From the human T2T-CHM13v2.0 reference genome, Homo sapiens, in NCBI RefSeq assembly GCF_009914755.1, contig NC_060925.1: a stretch of 64,000 bases of DNA, one strand, 5' to 3'. A program made the position numbers and the translations under genes. Shown here piece after piece: positions 1 to 22,363 of this stretch. Numbering within the stretch: the stretch's first letter is position 1; each line of letters opens with the position of its first letter. The notes below the pieces were generated by a model. It was not told the DNA's origin. It searched no databases and saw only the letters and a list, made by a program, of their open reading frames with translations.

Positions 1-1672
<1,672 letters not shown>

Positions 1673-1829
1673 AAATTAGCCACGTATGGTGGCACATGCC
1701 TGAAGTGCCAGCTACTTGAGAGGCTGAGGTGAAAGGATCACTTGAGCCCAGGATGTTGAGGCTGCAGTGAGCTGTGATCATGCCACTGCACTCCAGCCTG
1801 GGCAACAGAGTGAGACACTGTCTCAAAAA

Positions 1830-1876
<47 letters not shown>

Positions 1877-1877
1877 A
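1673..1877 (+). mobile_element. AluJ-type right arm with (AAAT)n tail
   Basis: aattagcc...ggatcacttgagcccagga...gaggctgcagtgagctgtgatcatgcc; (AAAT)~12 at 1827-1877. Confidence 0.85.
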
Positions 1878-1914
1878 AGTTCCATCCGTTAATATTGCTA
1901 AAAAAAAAAAAAAA

Positions 1915-2132
<218 letters not shown>

Positions 2133-4349
2133 AGTGTAGTGCTTTAGTAACATTCTAGGCCCAGTGGGACTTACAGGTTATGAAGATACGTATCCTCTAC
2201 GAGCCTGCCATAAAGTTGAAGAGACAAGGCCCACATACATCAACAATTTGTGAAGGAGGTGAGAACTTGAGCAGGACTTGGGGAGCCATGTGGCAAGCAG
2301 TCACAGAATTGCCTTTCTCAGTGGAGACCAAAATGCAAGAACTCTGATTTCTCTGTCAGAGAAGATAAGGTATGAGAGGATAATTGGCTATCCTATTCTT
2401 GGAGTACCCAGGGCAGAGCTGATACAAATAAAACTTGTATTAGAGTAGGAGAGAAGAGATCAGTGTTTACAGGTATAAGCTGAGCACAGCACAGGCTTGA
2501 TATGGGTGAACAGATTTTAAGTTAATGTCCAGAGTTCTAGGGTGGACTGGAGAATCCTTTATGGTTTCATGCTTCGAGACTAAATTTAGGCATAAGAGAC
2601 TGAATCAGGGCATGAGAAAACGTGAAGTTAACGGAATTCAAATAGATTTGGACAGCTATGGTGGGGGAGGAAAGTGAGGGGAGCATATGTCCATTCAGCA
2701 GAATAATTAAAGTAAGAAGACTCATCCAAAGATATTGGCTGCTACTGTATGGCTGTCTTAGTATTCCAGAACTGTTCAGAGCAGAGCAGGAGCAGACAGA
2801 TGAGAATAACATGGCCAATAACCTTTATCAAGGTCTAGGACTTCTGAGACATTTTCAGCACTTGAGATGGAAGGAATGGATGAAAAGCACTGAGAAAATG
2901 AGGTATTCCCATGTTTAGAACCAAAACAGGGTAGGCATAAGGGCCACAAGGCTGGATACAGAAGAAAATGGGTGCTTGTAGAGGCAGCAGAGAAACACAT
3001 CAGACACTTCGGAAGGAAAGAAACATGATGAGAGCTGTGCTTTCAACCCAACAGCAGATGGGTAGAAACAGGCCCAGAAGTTTGTTTCTCTCCACAAAGG
3101 AAATCACAACATCTAGGTATCAAGGCTACCTTACAGGAAGGGAAAACCTGAAGCTTCTAAATCCTGTTCCTGGGCCTGAAAAAAAAACGTGATGATGCTT
3201 TAACATCAAACTACACAAACTAAGTAGCAATCTCAGCCTAGCTTTCAGCTTCCTCCAGACCCAGCATGACTGAGGGCCACCATTCACTCAACCTGTTGCC
3301 TTGTGTCTTCACCTTACAATATGGGGTGACAGTAGTCCCCAAATACTTCCCTTAAGAAAATGAATCCAAACCTGAGATGGACCCATAATTGCAAATGACT
3401 TTTAAATATCTTCTTGGCAGATGAAGGCAAGTATTAATGGAGCTAACTAGTATTACAGTCCAGAAACCCTGAGATTTGGGCTGGACTTTATTCTGGTGGT
3501 TAGTATCTGGGTATCCAAAAGAACTGACAGTAAACGGGGGTTTGAGACAGACATATTTTCTGCAGAGTCAGTTGTGCTTAAGAGTTTCGGAGTATGCAGA
3601 ATGGCCTGAACACAGCCTCATTCTCCACTGTGATGTATTAGATTGATCCTCTATTCCTGCCTTTCTGCTGAATGTTGGGTTTTCTTCCCCACTCAAAACT
3701 AATTACATTAGAGAAACTCAGAGTAAAATATTCTGCAGAGCACACTTTTCTCACTATCCTTGTCAATGAACTTCAATTGTCCTGTGATTTTGGGATTCTC
3801 TATTCTACAGTCTCTATCCATTTTGAAATAATGTAAACTCCCAAATGAGGCAAAAAAGCATACAGAAAGTAAAACTCCTAAGACAAAAATTGGAACAGCC
3901 TTGCTGACTTGAAACAGACACATGTGCCAGTGTGTCTCAAGAAAGAAAATACAACCACCCTCAAAAAATATTTTCAAGACATTCCAACAAATGGACTTAT
4001 TTCAAAGAACATTTACTGAATGCCTACTATGCTCCAAACAATGTCCAATAAGAATACAAATGGAATTGATGACCTTGAAGGGTTGTTTTCTGAGTATAAG
4101 AGGACACGCCTGGGCCTGCAGAGCTTTCCAAGCCATGGCATGAGGTGAGGTTCTATGATGAAGAGCAGCACCGAGGCGCTGTTTCATCCTTTAAGATACC
4201 TTGGGCTTCTTTTTAAAGAGTGATGAAACAAACTAGATACCCTCGAATCTGGAAAAGTAGTGTCAGAAAGCCCTATTATCCTCTCTTTTTTTTTTTTTTT
4301 TTTTTTTTGTACGCTTACTAAGTAGTTCTAATCATTGCATTCATAGTGA

Positions 4350-4640
4350 CCTTTCCCACTGGAGAATTCCTGTTCATTCTTGAGGACCCAGCTCAAATGT
4401 TATCTCCTCTGAGAAGCCTTTCTTAATTCTCTCAGGCAGGATTTTTAGCTTACCCCTTAGTGTTCCTGCAGTCCTTTTTGTTTGGCTCCACTATAGACTT
4501 CGTCATGTTATTGTGTAATTATTTGTAAATTTTGTTTCACTATCTGTATCCAACTTGAGGACATCCTCTTATTTGTATTTTGTATCCTCATAAATGGTAC
4601 TCCACATATAATAGAATCTTAAAAACTGCTGTAGAACAAA
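4350..4640 (+). mobile_element. L2 3' remnant
   Basis: cccagctcaaatgttatctcctctgagaagccttt L2 signature. Confidence 0.55.
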
Positions 4641-5871
4641 TTTATCCATGAAGAGCAAAACAACAGTAACAACAAAAAGAGAGCTACTCCTTTGGGCCTT
4701 GCCTGTCCTCCCAGCCACAAGCATTCAGCGCCCATCTGATGTCACAGCCTCCCCTGACTTGTGCTTATGCTGTGTTGGTGCCCTTCTGTGTTTTCTCTCC
4801 ACACAAATTCACCTTCAGGGTTGTCTTCCCACACAAATAGGGAACATCCCATAAAAATGCTGCAGCCACCAGCTCAGCCCTCAAGTAAGTCCTCCACAGT
4901 CTGCCACCACCCTCCATTTGGACCTACCCTGTTTTTGCCAACATACACCTGGATTCTCCATCTGGGCCTGGCTGCTTGACACACTGCCAGACACAGGATT
5001 CCAGAGTAATGTTTCCAGCTTCTGAGTTGAAGCTATATTAGATCACAGGGCACAAAACAACTTCATGGATGAACCCGCAACTTAGCAGACCCAACTCTCT
5101 CTCCCTTGAACTCAAAGCTGCGCTAGTACCATTAAGTACTGCTGCCAGCCACCCTATACAGAGGAGCTGTTCCTTCCAACCTCCAAAACAATCTGAGATG
5201 ATGTCTTCCATACTTCCATATTTCTCTTGGTGGTACCGTTGTTTTTCCTCTGTTGTAAATTAGAACAAAAACAATAACCTAATCAAAATGGAGCTGACAT
5301 AAAGGTTACAAGACTTAATACACATAAAGTGTCCTGTACTATATCTGACATTGGATAAATAGAGAACACATCGTAAATGCTACAATACACATTTTGAGGT
5401 AGCTATTATGTCTCCATTTTTTTCATTTCTAAATTGAAGCTCAGAAAAGTCAAGCAACTTGTCCAAGGCTCGTGAAGCGACTAACAGAGTGAACTCTGAT
5501 TTGACTCTTAACCCAATATTAAGGAGTATAGAAATTAATATGTGAGTCATGAAGAACAACAGCAACATTTTAATTAGGAAAATGGTATCTCCAATCATAG
5601 TATTTCATCATAAGTAAAGAAACCCATTTATTCAAAGTACTCTTTAAATGTTCACCTCCGTCTCAGCCCCAAACAGTTATTCCTAGTCATGAATAGTCTT
5701 CCTTCCCTCTACCACTCCAAATGTGATCTATCCCTGCAACATAGGTCCCCACTTTTTCTTTGAGAGCATCCTAGATTACTGTAGTGTATAATGATCTGTC
5801 CTTTCTCTGAAGTTATATGGCACTTACAATCTGAAAGTTGTCTTATACTATTATTCAGCTGCTTCAGACAT

Positions 5872-6700
5872 TCTTTTATTCAATAAGTGTTTATTAAATG
5901 CCTGATGAGTACCAAGCATTGTACTGGGACAAAAAATACATGGCCTCTGGCCTTACAGTTCTTTCAATCTAGGATGAAGATAGAGACATGAAAAGAAGTA
6001 AACCTAATAAAGTGATTCCCAAAGGTGTAAGATATGGTGGAGAATGAAAGAGAGATTGGACAATCCTACAGTATAGGATGGGGGGTGGCACAGGAAAAGG
6101 GCATAGCTGCTTTCAATCTGAGTCTTAAAAGATAAATAGATGTTCCCTAGCAGACCTCAGCAGAGAACAGATCCCGAGCCAGTAAAGAACACTATGATGA
6201 AAGGTGCAGAGGTATAAAGGAGCCTGGCATGTTCTGGAAGCTGCCAGGAAGGAATTCAGTCTGGTTGCAACACTGGATGTGGTGGGGGGAAAAAAAAAAG
6301 GCTAGAGCTGAGCACAGGCCAGATAGTAAATGCCATTTGTGCATACTCCAGAAATCTGATCTTGTTCTGTGGCCAAGGAGTGACTACTAAAGGACTGTAT
6401 GCAGATAACCAGATCATATTTGTATTTAGGAAACTCTAGCAGCCATGCTGAAGGGGTGAGGTGAGAGACAGGGAGACAGTTATAGAGATGACCATAGCAA
6501 TCTAGGTAGAAGACCCTGAAGACCTAAAGCAAGACAGTGACATCAGGAGTGAATAAAGGAATCAGAAATGATAAAACCATGGAGAGGGGCATGTCGGTTT
6601 AGAGAGGTCACTCTTACAACAGTCAGTTGGGAGTCAGGTGGCTACAATGGCAGCAGGGAGACCAGGTAAGAAGCTAACAGTAGCCCAGGAGGAAATGGTA
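5872..6700 (-). mobile_element. L2 remnant(s)
   Basis: attcaataagtgtttattaaatgcc...ccaagcattgtactggg is the reverse complement of the L2 3' end; purine-rich L2 body follows. Confidence 0.65.
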
Positions 6701-6957
6701 AAGACTTCCCCATATTCTTCCTCCTCATGATTGTTCTGTGTGACTGGTGTCATCACTAGCAGATCCTTAACATCATGAATGGTCCTCTGAATCAAGAAGA
6801 TTGCTGATCCTGAATGGAGCTTTCCACAGAGATGGTGATAACAAGTGGAAATATGCAGCCGAAAGTAAAGAGAGTGAGAGGGACACTGTGGAACGTCTAC
6901 ACAATACTAAGCATTTACCGGCTTTTGACCAAACTTTTGAAGAGCTGGTTATGCTAG

Positions 6958-7262
<305 letters not shown>

Positions 7263-10034
7263 TGGCAAATTTCAGTAGCTAACCAAAGGCCTGTTTCCTG
7301 GGTCTCCTGGGCACCTATAATATCTGGCAGTCACAGTAGAATGTTTTAAGCCAATGACAATATTCCCTTTCCTGAAGGCAACAAAGTAACCATACTGTCC
7401 TGGGTAGTGGGTACTTTTAAATAACAATTCTGATAGATGAAGGAAAACAAAACTCCTTCGAATTTAGGTTATTGCTAGACCAAAAAAAAATTCTCTAATG
7501 AAAGATTTTAATATTATGCTATCAATATCCCTATCTCAGAATTAAATAATAATGTGTGACAGCCTACCTTCAGGATATTTGAAAAAAATCAATGATCTTT
7601 TAAAAATCTGAGCTCTGATATTTGCAAAGCACTTTTGGTTCAGACAAGGAAAAGCACTGAGGAATACACATACAGATAAATCAATCAACCTATAAAAAGA
7701 AAGAAAGAAATTGCTCACAGAAGATAAACAAATCACTCCAAAGTAGAATTTCATTAAACTCTGCTTAGGTTTGATCCTCACACAAGCTACAGGAATTCCG
7801 CCAGAAAGTCCTCTGTGCTCCGGCAGAGGCGCTCTGCAGATACTTTTCATGGAGAGGTGTGGACCGCCAATGGCCAGCTGGCTCATTTCAGTTTTCCCAG
7901 TCATGTCTCAGAACCATCTTTGAGAAAGTCATTGATTAAATTAATCAATCAATTATCTACATAATAACGCTCTGGCTTCTTGTGCTTGTAACATCAAAAA
8001 GCCTTCTTCACTAAAAGCTAGCAGTTATCAAGCTCTCTGGATCACACACTTTCTGTGCTTTTTGATCAAGGGTTTACAGTTAATTTCTTTGGCTTTGCAA
8101 GATACGATATGTTTTACTGAATCAGCATAGACTACCAACCTCGTTTCCTTTATTAAGATTTTGAATGCAAGCAATCCCTTCATTTATAATGAAATTGATT
8201 AAATAGATTTTGATTATTTTAGCATCATTATATTTCTACAGATGGAATAAAGCCTGCTAATTGAATTTTACTGATGGTTTACAGAGTGGGTACACAAAGT
8301 TTAAAGCATGTCATCACCTTAATCTTCCCAAAGGGACCATGCTATCATTGTCTAGTGTGTAAATCCACACAAACACATGTATACACATATACACACACAC
8401 TCACACAATGAGTAATAATCATCTAACATTATTTTTGAAAATAAAAAAAGAATAAGCCCAAGAGAAAAACATCATAACAACGGTTGGGTAGAAATAAAAG
8501 AGGATTTGATTACATCATTATTTTTGTATCACAATTAAATTAACCTCCACACTTCCTCTACCTTCTTTTGCCATGCAAAACAAAAATAGATTACAAATAG
8601 TTTTCAAACCCCTCTTCAAGTATGGATGAATTAAGTTTCAGAGAAGAAGACAGGCTTGCCTGGGTCCCATGGCCAAGTCAGTGATAGGGTTTGGGTTCTT
8701 TCGTAATTTTGTTCTCCTTGACCAGCATTTTTTAAGCTCCACTAAAATGTCTTTTCCATCCAGTTTCCTATTCTGTTTTTAAGATGATGAATATGATCTC
8801 CACAATTAAATCTTGGAATCTTGAAGCCTTCATTACTTTTCATCATTAACATTATTCTCAGCTGCTTTAACTTTCCTCTAAATTATTAAAAATATTACTT
8901 AGGCATAAATTAATTATTAGGCATTTAACCTCCAAACACCTTTATGAAATCAGGTTTATTGGCAATTTTAAATAAATGTGAATTCTCATTTGCCAAATGA
9001 ATTTAAAAACCAATTACAAACAGTCTACTAATGAACATTTAAAATTAATATTTGACTATTTCCCAATCAGTCAAGTATTCAGATTGTCAACCTAGCAAGT
9101 ATATTCAAAATGGCCAGCTAGCCATATTTTAAATTAAATATAAGCCTATGGGATTTAGCCTTTGTGGGCTTTGCACATTTAGACTTGTGTCAATATCAAG
9201 AGTCAATACAAACCTAATACTAAAACACTCAATCCCTTACACTGAAATTTTATAAAACCAAGGATTCTCTTAAAGCATCAATACCCTTTTTAGACTCACC
9301 ATCAAACCCCAAGACAAACTCAATCTAAGGGGAGTTTCATTATAATTGAATATGGAATTGCAAGCTGGACTGTGCGACACATTAAACAATTAAACAAGCA
9401 AGAAATTTAATTAAATTTCTAACTCACTTTGGATTTCACTGTATCCTGCAATTAGAAAGTTTCATGCTAGTATCAAGTATTCAGGAGTCAGGAGTGGCCT
9501 GCTGGAAATAAATCTGCAATGTCAACAGCGAGCAGTACATTAATGTCAAACAGATGGTGGAAAAACAGGTCCTATTGCTAATATCCACTGGAGGTTGGTT
9601 GAGTCTTCCTCCTCTGTCCCAAATCCACTGGCTCCTGGACAGGGAATTGGCAGATTTTCATGACAAAGATATAGAGCAAAGAGTCAGACCCCCATTTTAG
9701 GGAAAGGTACTCACTAACACAAGATCTGTTCTAAATGAAGAGGAATCACCAGGGATTAAAGGACCTGGTTCCTTTAATAGTCTCAGTTCCACTCTTTACT
9801 ACTCCTGTGGCTTTGGGCAAATTACTCTGTAGAGGAAGTCTTCTGGGTCTGACTGGATACGAAGTCTGAGACCATCCAGTATAGTGGCATTTGAGGGAAA
9901 AATAATCTGTTAATTGATCTATCTATAAAATAGCAGGAGTGAGGGTGGGTGGGTGTTGCTCATGACCTCTGTGGTTCCAATCGGGGATTCTTTCTATTAC
10001 ACTGCCCTACAGAAAAAATCTTCATGAGGACAGT

Positions 10035-10079
10035 CATATGTATACGTATACGTATACGTATATGTATATGTATATGTAT
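10035..10079. repeat. Hexamer microsatellite (TATACG)3(TATATG)3
   Basis: Read directly. Confidence 0.9.
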
Positions 10080-12294
10080 TGTGTAAAACCGTGTCCCCAA
10101 ATCAGCTCTACAAAGGGAAAGGCTTAACACACACTACTTATAAACTTGCATGAGTCTAATGCCACAAGCAAAAAGACTGCTTAGCTAATATAATCTGATA
10201 CAAAAGTGTTTGCAAGACAAGAAACAATAATGCAAGCCGAGGGCGCAACTATAGAATTATAATTGTCACCAAGTATCATTTTAATCTTGATACTCTCCTG
10301 TCTTGAAGGATTCAGAATAGTTTTAAATTCATTATTCCTAGCTCCGACAGTATGCAGAAAATCCATTAGGTTGCTCTATGGTGTTTCTTCTAGTAAATCA
10401 AAGCCCTGCAAAACAGTTTAGTTTTTTTTCTCAGTCTGAAAGATGTTTAGGTCATGATAATTGGAAAACTCTATTCAAGCCCCTACTACAATTAACCAGG
10501 CCAGGCATAGTTTTGCCTTAGCAAACTACTTATGACCTCAGGTATATTTTGTTATGTATGAAACACTATTTCGAAGCTATCTAGTTTTTAAAATGCACTG
10601 ACAGCAACAGCTTTAATTTAAAATGCCAGTGTTCAATATGTCAAAGCTCAAATATTCTCCGAGAAGAAGCTTTAATGCATATATATTATTAATGTACTAT
10701 CAGAGAACAGATCCCTGAGTTCATTCTGACCAACAAGTCATTAGTCAAAGACTACATAAGGCAAATTTGGTATATGATAATAGATGAGAGAATTGTGTTT
10801 CTGGTTGCTGTTGTTATCCAAGGGAAAAGAAACAAAGAAAAATGCAGAAAGTCTATAGTTTGGGGTTAGGAGATAGAAAACCTGAGTTTAAAAAAAAACA
10901 TGAGTTTTATTCCTTACCAGCAATTTGGACAACAAACTCTCTAAAGAAAAGAATGAAAAAGGATGTCCTACGACATGGTGCACTGAAGGGGCATGGGTAC
11001 GGAATCCCTGTTCTGTGATGAGCTGTGTGGTTCAGGCAAGTTACTTACATTTCTGGTCCTGAATTTTCTCATTTGCTAAAACAGGATAAACTGCTCCATC
11101 ATAATTTTGTGATTATTTAACAAGATGAGCATCCAAAGCATAGCATTGTGCTTGGAATACAATGCTAATGTCAGAAAATATGAATTATCTCATTGGACTG
11201 ATACAAGGAAAGATTGGAAAAATAATAAATACAAAAATTATTTTTTGTTGTTTACCATAACAAACGATAAAGAGTATTGTTTTTAGTCAAAAATTTTATT
11301 TTAGAGATCATTAATGTAGGGCACTGTGGCTTTTGAAATTACCTTTCTTTATTCAAAGAGCCAGCTGCTTTGTACAGATAGTGATGTTACAGATAAATAA
11401 CAATATGTGGACAGGACTAAACAATCAGGGACCACCATCGACCAATGGAATAGTCTGGCTACTTTGAGGGCAAAAATTTGAACTCCCAAACTTCAGTGTT
11501 TTCTTAGAGGAACATTTTAGAAGAAAGTCTACTATTTTAATAAGTGACGGGTCAAACACATGGTTTAGATAACCACTTCAAATTTGGTTCTCCCCAGGAA
11601 GGAGAAGCTAGTCAATGGTCAGTCTAAAGTGTACCCTGAAGGAGAAGGATGACAGCATTATCATACTGTGTCCATACCTTCAGCAACTTATGTAAAAACA
11701 TCCAATGTTACCAAAGTTCTGGATGGAAAGAAACACACATATTTATTTAACGATCATCTGAATCCACCCTGATAATTGGCCAGGGCTTAGCCTCAGACCA
11801 TGAGGCTTTCCTTCTCAGTTCCTTTACTTCTAAAAGCAGAACTTAAACTCTGAGACTAAAATCTTATCTAAATAACTGGGAGAAGAAAACACCACAAAAC
11901 CAAATAAAATCAAACCGTTGCATTAATCATATAAGGGTCAAAATCATATTAGACTGTGATAAAATAAAGTGATCAAAAAATCTTGAAATAAATTAACTTG
12001 TAAATTAAGATTTGGTTTACTTTGCTCTAAGGAAATTCTTTGAAGCAAAAATTATCCTTACAGATGGTTGTTAATAATATACACAATGTTACTTATTATT
12101 TGATTTTATAAAAATATCAAATTCTTACCCAACAGCAATCACTGAAAAATAAGTGCAAGTATTTAAACTCTAAATCATATTTTTCATCTAGTGAATGAAT
12201 ATGCTACACAGGAATACCTCTTGCTTATAAAACAAACTGAAAAGGAAACTTTCATCTTTAGAAAACAACAGTAGGTGTTCTTGCTACAAATGAG

Positions 12295-12520
12295 GCAGCA
12301 TGGTATGAGAGAAAAAGCCCCAGATTGAGATGCAAGCTCAGCTTCTGTCATTTGCTAAGGAAATGAAAAAATACTTAATCTCTCTACTATTTTCTCATTT
12401 TTTAAAAGGAATAATACCTTCTTAGCTACCTCACCAGACTCTTTAAGAATCAGATTGGGCATTATCCAAAAATGCTTTGGAAACTACTTGTAAAGCACGA
12501 TATAACAGCAAAGAATTATC
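12295..12520 (+). mobile_element. MIR remnant
   Basis: ggcagcatggtatgagagaaaaagc...acttaatctctct...ttttctcattttttaaaaggaataata. Confidence 0.55.
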
Positions 12521-12859
12521 ACTACATGTCCCAGACTCTAAATACTCTTAACATTAAAGTATTAAAATCTGAAGCCATCCTTTAAATACTCAAAAGCAGA
12601 ATATTAAAATGCTATGCACAATTCAATCAGAAGTCTCCAAACTGACTTCTAAACATCTCAAAAAGATAAACTGTTCTATTTACTTTTCTTTGTGAGGACA
12701 ACAGCATCTAGCATTCATTGTACCCTGCCTATAATTCTGAGGTGAAATGAAACTTTCAATGTATCCACACTTTTACCTGATCCTCATTAGCACTGGTAAG
12801 CTACGTTAATGAAAGAATCTTCCTAAATTAAGTTTCTTTTCATTTATTCATAAAACAAT

Positions 12860-13235
12860 ATGTTTTAAGCCTGGACTTAGAGGGATAGCAATCTTCATAT
12901 ATCTGAAAGATTTCCAGGTAAGGAAGAGTTAGATAGGTTCTATTTGGGCCCAAGAAGTGATATTAGGAAATTATACTTTAACAGACAAAGAATTTAAACT
13001 CATTATAAGGAAGAATCTTCTCCAGTTATTATAAGAATCTTCTATAGTAAAATCTTCTTCATTATAAGGAAGAATCTTCTACAGTGAAAGCTAACCAAAG
13101 ATAAAACAAGCAATTTCAGAGGCAGTCCGTCCCTCATCACAAGAGGCATCCAAGCACAGCATATACTTGGAAAGAAGTTGTACGAAAGACTCAAGCAGTG
13201 AATTGTTAAAATGGAGGAGCTTTAATCTCCTCTTC
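12860..13235 (+). mobile_element. L3/CR1 3' remnant
   Basis: aactcattataaggaagaatcttc...acagtgaaagctaaccaaagata...catcacaagaggcatccaagca resembles the L3 3' region. Confidence 0.5.
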
Positions 13236-13661
13236 AGAGAATGTATGAATTTATAAAACTGTATAGTTTCTGAAGATTTTGACCATTATGAAAAGGTATT
13301 CAGAATCGATGGGAAAAAACAACTATGACAAATCAGTTTTTCTAAATTATATATTGGTGTCAAATGGCACCTTTTTCCTAATTATTTGAAGCGAAAGCAT
13401 ATACACTTAACTTACAACAACTTACTTCTAAGTGAAGAGAAAAAATATTTGGTTGCAAATGCCTTTCTTAGATGCCCAGGAGCCCAATAACTCTGAAAAT
13501 TTGTCCATCAGCATCACATGCACAGGACTTTTCTACATTGAAATTTCTAATCCCATTCTCCACAGATCAAAACAATGTGTAGTATAATCTGTTTCATATA
13601 CCTTGCAATTTATCACTGCTTTGCATCAACATTATAATGCTGACTTGAAAATATAAGTCTT

Positions 13662-19797
<6,136 letters not shown>

Positions 19798-21430
19798 GAA
19801 AATATATTGTCTTTTTACAATGCAAACTTCACAAGAGAAGTGAACTTGTCTATCACTCTACCCCTAGTGTGTAAAACACTTCCTGGGCATGTATTGTGAA
19901 ATGCACAATACATAGTCTTATTCAAAAATTGTTTCAAGTATGACTTCCTTGCCATCTCCCCAACTAGCCTGCTATTGTCTACTGCCCCATAAAGACAAAA
20001 AACTAAGTTTCTCCCATCGTTTCCATTGCAAGGATTGCCAGTTTCCAATCGCAGCTTATTTTGTGTTGTATAGCCCAAAGTAGTAATTCTTGTGATCTAA
20101 TCATTTCTTATCAAGAAGCAGCCTAAAAATAGTACATGTCACACTAACTGTTAGGTTTAGACTTATAGGTTAAAGCTTGATTATTATCATAGAATTCACT
20201 GCAGTGGAGACTTTGTCATATACTTGGAGGAAACCATATACCAAGTTGACTTAGTACAACAAACAACTCCAAAACAATCTTACTCTTTGAGCAAATCTCT
20301 ACACTACTCAGACAAGCCGGAGACAGTAGCACAGTAACCACCACTGTCAGGTTAAACTCTCTGGCTGTACTATTATTGTTCATTTAAAAAGAAAAAGAAA
20401 AAAACAACAACAGATGAAAGGCTCTGTTATAAAGCCTCAGGGAAACAAACACTAATTCAGCTTACTAATTTTATTTGCATTTAGTTTTAACCAGGGTAAT
20501 GCTTATTTGCTGATGGAAATTTCGATATCATCCTTTGCTCTTCCTCCTGCCTGTGACTTCTCCTTCCTCATAAGCATGTTCAAGAATGCCAAGAAGTATC
20601 AAATACATATTAAACATAACCAGAGAAAAATGAGAGAGCTTGATCCTCACTAGGCAATAACAAAACAAGAATACTATTTAATATTTACTAATCCTTTGTC
20701 ATGCATGAAATACTTTCGCATGTTTCCGGATCAAACAGGCTATTGAAAGACTCCATTTCATGACAGCTGTGATTTTTCTGAGCACTGTCCCGTGTCCTAC
20801 TTCCTTTTATTGCTGCCAGTATAGTTCCCTATCCTGACTTAACTGCCAATTTTGAAAGGTTATAGACAATACATTAGATTCAGGGAGAGTTGAGCTGGCT
20901 TCAACTTGGGAGATTAATGTGAATAGGTCAGCACCATGAGACTCTCAGCACAGCCCAGAGGCAACTGATGGTGCCGGCATGGATTCTGCACCCATAAACA
21001 AATTCTTCACATTAAAAACTGGTCATGCAAGCATTTTAAGGAGGAAGAATGTGAGGTTTTTAGAGAAAATAATTTCTCATCAAAAAACAATCCAAAAGGG
21101 CTGACAAATATACAGACAGTTTATAGACATATTTTGGCCATTATGCCAGTAAGGCCTCCAGTTTCCAAACAGACACTGACGGGCTTTGGACACTAAGAAA
21201 ATGCCAAAGCAGGTGACAAAATGTCATCCCCACATCCAGCTCATCCAGGAAGGCTCCCCCTCTGGCCAACTCTTGATACCACCACAGGCTTCCTCTACCC
21301 CTTCTGGTTTTCCTTAGTATGCCCTCCAGGGAGGAAATTTCAGAGTAAATAACAGGCACAAATGGTATTGCTGCTGGGAAGAAAATGCATCAAGAGCACA
21401 AAGAGCATCACTGATTAAACAATGCTTCTT

Positions 21431-21725
21431 GGCTGGGCATGGTGGCTCACGCCTGAAATCCCACCACTTTGGGAGGCCAAGATGTGCGGATCACCTGAGG
21501 TCAGAAGTTTGAGACCAGCCTGGCCAACATGGCAAAACCCTGTCTCTACTAAAAATACAAAAATTACCTGGGTGTGGTGTTGCGTGCCTATAATCACAGC
21601 TACTCAGGAGGCTGAGGCAGGAGAATCACTTGAACCCAGGAGGTGGAGGTTGCACTGAGCTGAGATCGCGCCACTGTACTCTAGGCTGGGCGACAGAGCA
21701 AGACTCCATCTCAAAAAAAAAAAAA
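21431..21725 (+). mobile_element. AluS (Sx/Sz-like)
   Basis: Full dimer with poly-A; TSD aatgcttctt at 21421-21430 and 21726-21735. Confidence 0.95.
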
Positions 21726-22157
21726 AATGCTTCTTGTTGATATGGCTGACTACTGAATAGAGAAAAAGTTACTACATGGCTGCTACTGGCCTGGACTCCG
21801 TGGGACCTGTCCTTTTCAATAAACCATGTGATAAAACTTAATGAAACTAGAAATTGAATAGATACAGTCTGTTCTGTGAGCAGACATTTTTAATATTCAA
21901 TTAGACAGTAAAATAATAATGACAAATATAGATAATTCATCCAGGTTTATAGTTTTTTTTGGTGGAGTTAAAAAACATTTTGGAGCTAAATCATCATGAT
22001 AGCCTAAGCAGGAATCACTGATACTAAAAATAAAAGAAAAAAAAAATCACACTTCTACAAAAGGCCACAGCGTGGTTTCATTATAGCTGAGATCATTTTG
22101 TGGTAACATATATTAACTAATTCTCTAGGCCTAAGTCATCTTATTTGTGCTGTAGGA

Positions 22158-22363
22158 CAGGGGTCACTAACTACAGCCCACGGGCCAAATACAACCACTA
22201 GTGTTTTACTGGAACATACCACACTCATTCATTTATGTGAATCTATGGCTGCATTCGTAGTTAACTATGACAGAATTGAGTAGCTCTGACAGATACCATA
22301 TGGCCCACAAAGCCTAAACCATTTACTCTCTGGCCCCCTACAACAAAATGTTGCTGGCCCTTG
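22158..22363 (+). mobile_element. MER58A (hAT-Charlie non-autonomous DNA transposon)
   Basis: caggggtc...actacagcccacgggccaaat...gttttactggaaca...tatggcccacaaagcctaaa...tttactctctggccc... Confidence 0.85.

Noticed and set aside
7826-7845. CTCF-like CCGGCAGAGGCGC
   Set aside because: One G short of the core spacing; poor match
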